Shown piece by piece: positions 1-4,888 of a DNA stretch of 4,888 nt; position 1 is the first letter of the stretch; each line of letters opens with the position of its first letter. The notes beneath the pieces were generated by a model. The model made no database searches. It saw only the letters and a program-made list of their open reading frames with translations, and had not been told where the DNA came from. The position numbers and the translations under genes are program-made. Origin of the DNA: a virus (Duplodnaviria; Heunggongvirae; Uroviricota; Caudoviricetes); IMG/VR virus record IMGVR_UViG_3300029610_000167, positions 1 through 4,888 of that record; one strand, written 5' to 3'.

Positions 1-261
1 CGCGATAACGTCGTCCGAATCATTAAAAACGCAATGCTGGATATCGGCCTGGCTATGCCTGTGAAAATCCGTATTGAGTGCCACATGCCGGATCGCCGTC
101 GCCGTGACCTGGATAATCTGCAAAAAGCCGCTTTTGACGCACTCACCAAAGCAGGTTTCTGGCTGGATGATGTTCAGGTCGTTGATTACCGTGTTGTGAA
201 GATGCCCGTTACCAAAGGTGGGAAGCTGGAGCTGACCATCACCGAACTGGGGAATGAATGA
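1..261 (+). CDS. rusA: Holliday junction resolvase RusA, C-terminal part (5' end lies upstream of the window)
   Basis: Frame 1 is open from base 1 and ends at TGA 259-261. The translation ([86 protein letters not shown]) matches lambdoid-prophage RusA almost residue for residue from memory. Partial gene. Confidence 0.9.
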   Translation, partial: RDNVVRIIKNAMLDIGLAMPVKIRIECHMPDRRRRDLDNLQKAAFDALTKAGFWLDDVQVVDYRVVKMPVTKGGKLELTITELGNE

Positions 262-398
262 TGTTTGAGTCTTATATGGCAGAACGTCTTCGCCACCGCT
301 GGATACGCCTGCGCTTATATCGTTTCCCCGGTTCTGTTTTGACCGATTACCGGATACTGAAGAATTACGCCAAAACACTGAAAGGAGCTGCCGCATGA
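258..398 (+). CDS. ylcG: Small 46-aa lambdoid-prophage protein, YlcG-like
   Basis: ORF not in the supplied track (too short). ATG 258 (second ATG at 261) to TGA 396-398, translating [46 protein letters not shown]. Its start overlaps the rusA stop and its stop overlaps the next gene's ATG (ATGA), and a GGGGA lies just upstream. Length, position after rusA and sequence fit my recollection of DLP12 YlcG. Confidence 0.6.
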   Translation: MMFESYMAERLRHRWIRLRLYRFPGSVLTDYRILKNYAKTLKGAAA

Positions 399-1063
399 AT
401 ACCCAATATTTACAGTATGTCCGCGAGCAACTCATTGTGGCTACTGCTGATTTGAGCGGAGCAACGAAAGGCCAGCTTGAAGCCTGGCTGGAGCATGCAC
501 AATTTGATACTGGTACATATAAACGAAAGAAGCCGCGCATTCTGGATGAGGTAACGGGCAAGATGATTACGCTGGATAATCCGCCGATTTCCGGTAAGCA
601 GTCGTACGCAAAAGGTTCATCCATTGCACTGGTCAGCCAGGTTGAGTTCTCAACATCTTCATGGCGCCGCGCGGTTCTGTCTCTCGATGAACATCAGAAA
701 GCGTGGTTGCTGTGGAATTACAGCGAAAGTGTTCGCTGGGAGCATCAGGTTGCCATAACGCAGTGGGCATGGAATGAGTTTAAGGCTCTGTTAGGTACAA
801 GAAAAATTGCCAGTAAGACACAGGAACGCTTAAAGAAGTTGATCTGGCTGGCTGCACAGGATGTGAAGAACGAACTGGTAGGGCGTAAGACCTATGAATA
901 CAAAGAGCTGGCATCACTGGTGGGAGTGACATCAAAAAACTGGTCTGAGACATTCACTGAACGCTGGGTTGCAATGAAGCACATTTTTCTACAGCTTGAT
1001 AGCGAAGCTTTATTGCTTGTAACGAGAACACGTTCAAAACAAAAGGCGACATTTTCACAGTAA
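395..1063 (+). CDS. Putative late-gene antitermination protein Q (non-lambda Q family), 222 aa
   Basis: ATG 395 is preceded by AAAGGAG (381-387) at 7-nt spacing. The gene sits in the canonical slot for Q: after rusA/ylcG and just before a strong sigma70-like promoter and the lysis cassette. No similarity to lambda Q (no Cys-rich zinc-finger region); the call rests on synteny and size, not on recognised motifs. Confidence 0.55.
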   Translation: MNTQYLQYVREQLIVATADLSGATKGQLEAWLEHAQFDTGTYKRKKPRILDEVTGKMITLDNPPISGKQSYAKGSSIALVSQVEFSTSSWRRAVLSLDEHQKAWLLWNYSESVRWEHQVAITQWAWNEFKALLGTRKIASKTQERLKKLIWLAAQDVKNELVGRKTYEYKELASLVGVTSKNWSETFTERWVAMKHIFLQLDSEALLLVTRTRSKQKATFSQ

Positions 1064-1067
1064 AGCA

Positions 1068-1096
1068 TTGCTAAACTGGATTAAAAAGCATATATT
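1068..1096 (+). promoter_or_regulatory. Candidate late promoter (pR'-like): -35 TTGCTA (1068-1073), 17-bp spacer, -10 TATATT (1091-1096)
   Basis: Near-consensus sigma70 hexamers with optimal 17-bp spacing, starting 5 bp after the stop of the Q-like gene, which is where lambdoid phages place pR' and the Q-utilisation site. Predicted transcription start near 1103. Confidence 0.4.
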
Positions 1097-1151
1097 TTAT
1101 GCAAATCTGATATTCTGCCAATGTTGTACGCACTGGCAGTAATCCAAATTC

Positions 1152-1186
1152 AAGCCCGAGGTTTAAAGCCTTGGGCTTATTCTTTG
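1152..1186 (+). terminator. Candidate intrinsic terminator (tR'-like); may also terminate the reverse-strand gene
   Basis: 10-bp stem AAGCCCGAGG (1152-1161) pairing with CCTTGGGCTT (1169-1178), one G-U pair, 7-nt loop, followed by ATTCTTTG. It lies about 50-85 nt downstream of the candidate promoter. On the minus strand the same hairpin is followed by GAATTTGGATT and lies about 65 nt past the stop of the 1250-1561 gene. Confidence 0.4.
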
Positions 1187-1249
1187 AAGATAGTACACAA
1201 TAATTGTGAATTTGAGCACAAATCTAATAATCGTGGTTTTGGTTCTTTC

Positions 1250-1561
1250 TTATCTTGATAAAGCGTTATTAATATTTTGACAGTAACGGGAGGGAACCTT
1301 AATCGTGTGATTTTCGATTTCAGGTTCAAAAACTACAGAGTCAGCTTTGTAATAAGGGAAGTAAAGGATGTACTTTGGACCGGCAAAACCAGTGATATAT
1401 GTGTAGGCTTCTACTTTTGCCACCTCACCAAACCAAGTGTAACTTGAGTCGTTAGCCGTGATGCAGTCACCTTGAACATATTTTCCTTCAGAATCGGAGG
1501 CAAAGCATGCAGTGATTGTGCTGCACAGTAATAATATTAAAGTTATTTGAATTGCTTTCAT
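1250..1561 (-). CDS. Hypothetical exported protein or lipoprotein, ~103 aa, in an AT-rich moron; function unknown
   Basis: The track ORF 1250-1573 begins with TTG; the first ATG is at 1561-1559 with a weak GGAAAA upstream. The N-terminus MKAIQITLILLLCSTITAC-FASD has a basic n-region and hydrophobic core, with both a lipobox-like I-T-A-C and an A-x-A-type signal peptidase I site. The mature part has two Cys (GDC... and ...RYCQ) and is rich in Tyr. The gene is visibly AT-rich relative to its flanks and antisense to the late operon. Confidence 0.6.
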   Translation of the reverse strand: MKAIQITLILLLCSTITACFASDSEGKYVQGDCITANDSSYTWFGEVAKVEAYTYITGFAGPKYILYFPYYKADSVVFEPEIENHTIKVPSRYCQNINNALSR

Positions 1562-1872
1562 TTGTTTTTCCAATGCTTTGGTTCGTTAATTTGATTTTTT
1601 TCTAGCTTTCTTCATGAGCCCTTATAGATTTTTTAATTAATCTAACTAATCATCCTTCTTTGAAATACATCCTGAATTGGTGAGTCAGAACTCAGCTTAG
1701 GATAATCAGGAAATATTGCAACTAACTCTGAAACCAACAGCGTAGACCTTTTTTATCTTTGGTCTTTGAGGGAGTTTTAACCTCGTGCTTTGTCGTTAAA
1801 TTACCTCGTGAACAAACTTTCTGTCATTTAACGTCCCGGCCTTTTGTCGGCGGCGAAACATTGGCTATTCAT

Positions 1873-2178
1873 ATGCACGAAAAAGAGAGCCTTGCCGGAG
1901 CGTTCTGGCTCGTTTTGCTGATCATCGCAGGTTGGGGCGGTCTGGTCCGCTACCTGATAGATGTGAAGCAGAGTAAAGCAACGTGGAGTTGGATAAATGC
2001 TCTGGCTCAAATAGTGGTATCAGGATTCACCGGTGTTATTGGTGGCCTGATCAGCATCGAAAGTGGATTCAGTATTTACATGATTCTCGCGACAGCGGGG
2101 ATTAGTGGTGCGATGGGTTCGGTTGCACTGACGTACTTCTGGGAACGACTGACAGGGGTGAAAAATGCAAAATCTTAA
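1873..2178 (+). CDS. Putative class I holin (three predicted transmembrane segments), 101 aa; not lambda S-like
   Basis: Immediately upstream of and overlapping the endolysin gene by 14 nt. Three hydrophobic stretches (AFWLVLLIIAGWGGLVRYL; INALAQIVVSGFTGVIGGLISI; SIYMILATAGISGAMGSVALTYFW) and a short charged C-terminus ([11 protein letters not shown]). First ATG of the track ORF is at 1873; the 38 codons upstream of it start with TTG and look like read-through, not coding. Shine-Dalgarno is weak, so the start is uncertain. Confidence 0.7.
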   Translation: MHEKESLAGAFWLVLLIIAGWGGLVRYLIDVKQSKATWSWINALAQIVVSGFTGVIGGLISIESGFSIYMILATAGISGAMGSVALTYFWERLTGVKNAKS

Positions 2179-2641
2179 TCCTCAGCGCAAAGCCTTCCTC
2201 GATATGTTGGCGTGGTCAGAAGGAACGGATAATGGGCGACAACCGACACGTAACCACGGCTACGACGTTATTGTAGGTGGTGAGTTATTCACGGATTACT
2301 CCGATCATCCTCGCAAACTTGTCACGCTAAACCCAAAACTCAAATCAACAGCCGCCGGGCGCTACCAGCTTCTTTCCCGTTGGTGGGATGCCTATCGTAA
2401 GCAGCTTGGCCTGAAAGACTTCTCTCCCAAAAGCCAGGACGCTGTGGCATTGCAGCAGATTAAAGAGCGTGGCGCTTTACCGATGATTGATCGCGGTGAT
2501 ATCCGTCAGGCAATCGACCGTTGCAGCAATATCTGGGCTTCACTGCCGGGGGCTGGTTATGGTCAGTTCGAGCATAAGGCTGACAGTTTGATTTCAAAAT
2601 TCAAAGAAGCAGGCGGAACGGTCAGAGAGATTGAGGTATGA
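2165..2641 (+). CDS. R: Endolysin R, lambda-type lytic transglycosylase, 158 aa
   Basis: The translation is near-identical to lambda R as I recall it ([148 protein letters not shown]). Its stop overlaps the Rz start (ATGA at 2638-2641). Confidence 0.95.
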   Translation: MQNLNPQRKAFLDMLAWSEGTDNGRQPTRNHGYDVIVGGELFTDYSDHPRKLVTLNPKLKSTAAGRYQLLSRWWDAYRKQLGLKDFSPKSQDAVALQQIKERGALPMIDRGDIRQAIDRCSNIWASLPGAGYGQFEHKADSLISKFKEAGGTVREIEV

Positions 2642-3099
2642 GCAGAGTAACCGAGATTATCTCCGCTCTGATTATCTGCATCATCGTCTGCCTGTCATGG
2701 GCTGTTAATCATTACCGTGATAACGCCATTACCTACAAAGCCCAGCGCGACAAAAATGCCAGAGAACTGAAGCTGGCGAACTCGACAATTACTGATATGC
2801 AGCTTCGCCAGCGTGATGTTGCTGACCTCGATGCAAAATACACGAAGGAGTTAGATGATGCGAAATCTGAAAATGATGCTCTGCGTGATGATGTTGCCGC
2901 TGGTCGTCGTCGGTTGCGCATCAAAGCAGTCTGTCCGTCCGTGCGTGAATCCACCACCGCCTCCGGCGTGGATAATGCAGCCTCCCCCCGACTGGCAGAC
3001 ACCGCTGAACGGAATTATTTCACCCTCAGAGATAGACTGATAATAATGCAGAAACAACTGGAAGGGACTCAGCAGTATATTAAGGAACAGTGCAGATAA
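2638..3099 (+). CDS. Rz: Spanin inner-membrane subunit Rz (i-spanin), 153 aa
   Basis: N-terminal transmembrane segment ([17 protein letters not shown]) followed by a charged coiled-coil-like periplasmic domain; the sequence closely matches lambda Rz from memory. Start is coupled to the R stop. Confidence 0.95.
   Translation: MSRVTEIISALIICIIVCLSWAVNHYRDNAITYKAQRDKNARELKLANSTITDMQLRQRDVADLDAKYTKELDDAKSENDALRDDVAAGRRRLRIKAVCPSVRESTTASGVDNAASPRLADTAERNYFTLRDRLIIMQKQLEGTQQYIKEQCR
2858..3040 (+). CDS. Rz1: Spanin outer-membrane lipoprotein subunit Rz1 (o-spanin), embedded in the +1 frame of Rz
   Basis: Entirely inside Rz in a different frame. AGGAG (2846-2850) lies 7 nt before ATG 2858; an in-frame ATG at 2855 is an alternative start and gives the 61-aa track ORF. 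Lipobox VVVGC, proline-rich [18 protein letters not shown]; matches lambda Rz1 from memory. Confidence 0.9.
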   Translation: MRNLKMMLCVMMLPLVVVGCASKQSVRPCVNPPPPPAWIMQPPPDWQTPLNGIISPSEID

Positions 3100-3123
3100 A
3101 GTTGCCCATATTGATGGGCAACT
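3100..3123. terminator. Perfect hairpin between convergent Rz and bor; candidate bidirectional terminator
   Basis: AGTTGCCCAT (3100-3109), 4-nt loop ATTG, ATGGGCAACT (3114-3123): a perfect 10-bp inverted repeat starting 1 nt after the Rz stop and ending 7 nt before the bor stop. The flanking U-tracts are only moderate on either strand. Confidence 0.5.
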
Positions 3124-3130
3124 CATGCAA

Positions 3131-3424
3131 TTATTGTGAGCAATATACCCGTGCTTCCAGCGGAGTATAAATGCCAAAAGTGATGAAACCGAGCAATCCA
3201 TTTACGAATGTTTGCTGGGTTTCTGTTTTAACAACATTTTCTGCGCCGCCACAAATTTTGGCTGCATCAACAGTTTTCTCCTGTCCAATTCCCGAAACGA
3301 AGAAGTGATGGGTGATGGTTTCCTTTGGTGTTACTGCTGTCGGTTTGTTTCCAACAGTAAATGTCTGTTGAGCACATCCTGTAATAAGCATTGCCAGAGC
3401 GGCAGAAAACAACATTTTTTTCAT
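3131..3424 (-). CDS. bor: Bor lipoprotein (serum-resistance / Iss-family outer-membrane lipoprotein), 97 aa
   Basis: From the ATG at 3424-3422 the product is MKKMLFSAALAMLITGCAQQTFTVGNKPTAVTPKETITHHFFVSGIGQEKTVDAAKICGGAENVVKTETQQTFVNGLLGFITFGIYTPLEARVYCSQ, near-identical to lambda Bor from memory. Lipobox LITGC; AGGA precedes the start. The track ORF 3131-3472 carries 16 extra N-terminal codons that I do not consider coding. Confidence 0.95.
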   Translation of the reverse strand: MKKMLFSAALAMLITGCAQQTFTVGNKPTAVTPKETITHHFFVSGIGQEKTVDAAKICGGAENVVKTETQQTFVNGLLGFITFGIYTPLEARVYCSQ

Positions 3425-3440
3425 CTTATTATCCTGCATT

Positions 3441-3469
3441 GTTAAAAACGGCAGAATCCTATGTGACAA
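3441..3469 (-). promoter_or_regulatory. Candidate bor promoter (minus strand): -35 TTGTCA, 17-bp spacer, -10 TTTAAC
   Basis: Read on the minus strand: TTGTCA (complement of 3464-3469), 17-nt spacer, TTTAAC (complement of 3441-3446), about 20 nt upstream of the bor ATG. Hexamer match only, so a weak call. Confidence 0.3.
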
Positions 3470-3854
3470 CAATTAAACGATAGTTAAATGAATTGATGAA
3501 AATTAAAACTACACAGGTGGACGCTCAGACTATTGGAGGGAGTTGGGGACACTCAGAATCCTGTGGAATGAAATAAACCGCTCTATCTGTCCTTTACCCT
3601 TTTAGCTGCGCTGTATCGTCGCCGTATTCCCGCATTAACAATGACCGTAGCCCGACGGGGAACTCCTCTGCGCGAGTGTGCGGAAATAATCAAAAACGAT
3701 GCACACCGGGTTTTTACCGCGCTAATTATTCGCGGGTTTGTCCCTCATGCTCGCAAGTTCTGTGTGGGGGCGAAGAAACAGGACATGTATTCTAGTCTGT
3801 GCGACCGTGGTCGTTCAGATTTTCATTCGTTTTGCGGAGTAAACCAGAGCGGTT

Positions 3855-3905
3855 GGCGGGTCCTCCTGGCGATTTGAAACACCGGGGGGCTGCGGACACG
3901 CGGAA
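3855..3905. other. Candidate cos region (cosQ/cosN-like) preceding the terminase genes
   Basis: GGCGGGTCCTCCTGGCGATTTGAAACACCG followed by GGGGGCTGCGGACACGCGGAAAACGG resembles, from memory, the lambda right end (ACGGGTCCTTTCCGGTGATCCGACAGGTTACG) followed by cosN (GGGCGGCGACCT) and CGCGGGTTTTCG. It is divergent, and the exact nick positions cannot be set from sequence. Location ~110 bp upstream of the terminase small subunit gene is as expected. Confidence 0.35.
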
Positions 3906-4016
3906 AACGGCTGGTTTTTTGCATTTTATCGGCATCATCATCTTTTATCTAACCTGTTGATATTTCAGTTGTGAAATTATTCACGATGTCGATTCGCTTA
4001 AATATTGTTCATCATC

Positions 4017-4523
4017 ATGGATAACGAACTGAAAAATCTTCGCCTCAATATTAACCAGCTGGCGGCGCTGACTAATCTGCATCGTCAGACCGTCGCAAGT
4101 AGACTGAGCAATGTTGAGCCTGCCCCCGGAAGTAACTCCCGCCTCAAGCTGTATTCGGTTCTGGATATTCTCAGGGAATTACTGGGCAGGACTACGACGC
4201 CGGAGCTGGTTGCTGTTGACAAAATGACACCGCCGGATCGAAAGGCATGGTTTCAGTCTGAGCGGGAGCGCCTCAAGTTTCAGCAGGAGACCGGAGAGCT
4301 TATCCCGGCCTCAGAAGTCAGCCGGGAGTTTGCCTCAATGGCAAAAGTTGTCGTTCAGGTACTGGAAACGCTACCGGATATTCTCGAGCGTGACTGTGCA
4401 ATGACACCGTCAGCCGTCGTCAGGGTGCAAAAAGTCATAGATGACCTGCGGGATCAGATTGCCATGAAGGTTGAGCTGGCAGAGTCGCCGGAACAGGAGG
4501 ACAGTTTGTCACAAGAGGAGTAA
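4017..4523 (+). CDS. Putative terminase small subunit (Nu1-like DNA-recognition subunit), 168 aa
   Basis: Immediately upstream of the GpA-family large terminase, with its stop 3 nt before that gene's ATG. The N-terminus has a helix-turn-helix-like segment (LNINQLAALTNLHRQTVASRL), and the C-terminus is acidic. The track ORF starts at TTG 4005; the first ATG is 4017. No clear Shine-Dalgarno, so the start is uncertain. No clear sequence identity to lambda Nu1. Confidence 0.65.
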   Translation: MDNELKNLRLNINQLAALTNLHRQTVASRLSNVEPAPGSNSRLKLYSVLDILRELLGRTTTPELVAVDKMTPPDRKAWFQSERERLKFQQETGELIPASEVSREFASMAKVVVQVLETLPDILERDCAMTPSAVVRVQKVIDDLRDQIAMKVELAESPEQEDSLSQEE

Positions 4524-4526
4524 GCC

Positions 4527-4888
4527 ATGCGACAGGCCACGGCGGCGGAAGTCAGAAAGAATACCGCCGGGATCATAAAGGCACCGCGTCGGATGCCTGT
4601 TGCCGAGGCCGTTCATAAGTACATGCGGGTTCCCGTGGGCGTCGGAAACTCCGTCGAATGGGATCCGCAACTCGCCCCCTATGTCGTGGAGCCGATGAAC
4701 TGCCTGGCATCACGTGAGTATGATGCTGTTATTTTTGTTGGTCCGGCCCGAACAGGTAAAACAATTGGGCTGATTGACGGCTGGGTGGTGTACAACGTGG
4801 TGTGTGACCCGTCGGATATGCTTATCGTCCAGATGACGGAAGAAAAAGCGCGTGAACACTCCAAAAAACGTCTGGCCAGAACATTTCG
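4527..4888 (+). CDS. Terminase large subunit, GpA family (N-terminal ATPase region; continues past the window end)
   Basis: Frame 3 is open from ATG 4527 to the window end and is absent from the track because there is no stop. AAGAGGAG (4513-4520) lies 6 nt upstream. The translation contains a Walker A P-loop, VIFVGPARTGKTIGLIDG, in the position where lambda gpA has its NVVKSARVGYSKMLLG segment, and the overall layout resembles the gpA N-terminus. Confidence 0.85.
   Translation, partial: MRQATAAEVRKNTAGIIKAPRRMPVAEAVHKYMRVPVGVGNSVEWDPQLAPYVVEPMNCLASREYDAVIFVGPARTGKTIGLIDGWVVYNVVCDPSDMLIVQMTEEKAREHSKKRLARTF

Noticed and set aside
1131-1265. 44-codon plus-strand ORF in the Q-holin spacer
   Set aside because: No ribosome-binding site; it spans the terminator hairpin and overlaps the 3' end of the minus-strand gene; likely chance.
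1250-1573. TTG start at 1573 for the moron gene, as listed in the track
   Set aside because: No Shine-Dalgarno before it; the in-frame ATG four codons downstream gives a canonical signal-peptide n-region (MK...). Kept as an alternative only.
1574-1600. GGTTCG motif checked as a possible tRNA T-arm; also scanned for CRISPR repeats
   Set aside because: No cloverleaf-compatible flanks, and no regularly spaced direct repeats anywhere in the window. In some Stx phages tRNA genes occupy this Q-proximal hotspot, but none is evident here.
1759-1872. 38-codon N-terminal extension of the holin ORF in the track, starting at TTG 1759
   Set aside because: No ATG or Shine-Dalgarno; the extension is hydrophilic and Cys-rich, unlike a holin N-terminus. 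The first ATG at 1873 gives a typical ~100-aa three-TMD holin.
1828-2010. 60-aa minus-strand ORF
   Set aside because: Lies entirely antisense within the holin gene, with no ribosome-binding site or recognisable features; most likely a chance frame.
2733-3002. 89-aa minus-strand ORF
   Set aside because: Antisense to Rz/Rz1, a stretch already coding in two plus-strand frames; Arg/Ser-rich low-complexity product typical of antisense translation.
2851-3201. 116-aa minus-strand ORF
   Set aside because: Antisense to Rz/Rz1 and running across the terminator hairpin into the 3' end of bor; incompatible with the well-supported genes there.
3212-3445. 77-aa plus-strand ORF
   Set aside because: Antisense within bor, whose identity is strongly supported; Cys/Phe-rich product with no start context.
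3131-3472. Full 113-aa track ORF for bor, with 16 extra N-terminal codons
   Set aside because: The extension begins at a non-ATG codon and precedes the lipoprotein signal peptide; the ATG at 3424 with AGGA upstream reproduces the 97-aa lambda Bor length.
3641-3877. 78-aa plus-strand ORF just upstream of the candidate cos
   Set aside because: No Shine-Dalgarno; Arg/Cys-rich product typical of translated GC-rich noncoding DNA; it runs into the cos-like sequence. A real small gene cannot be fully excluded without homology searches.
4005-4016. TTG start at 4005 for the terminase small subunit, as listed in the track
   Set aside because: Non-ATG start with no Shine-Dalgarno; the ATG at 4017 is preferred, though neither start has a strong ribosome-binding site.
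4679-4864. 61-aa minus-strand ORF
   Set aside because: Antisense within the terminase large subunit ATPase region, which has a clear Walker A motif in the plus frame.

Overview
This window reads as the late-region junction of a lambda-like (lambdoid) phage or prophage from an enterobacterial host. Left to right: the 3' end of rusA, a small ylcG-like ORF, a 222-aa candidate Q-type late antiterminator, a pR'/tR'-like promoter-terminator pair, an AT-rich ~700-bp insert carrying one reverse-oriented gene for a ~103-aa exported protein, a lysis cassette (3-TMD holin, lambda-type R, Rz with embedded Rz1), convergent bor, a candidate cos region, and the terminase small and large subunit genes (the latter runs off the window). 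R, Rz, Rz1 and bor match lambda closely from memory; Q, the holin and both terminase genes do not, so the region is mosaic. The most interesting element is the insert at ~1064-1760: a 'moron' in the classic Q-to-holin hotspot encoding a Tyr-rich, two-cysteine exported or lipoprotein I cannot assign to a family. All homology statements are from recollection of reference proteins, not from a search.
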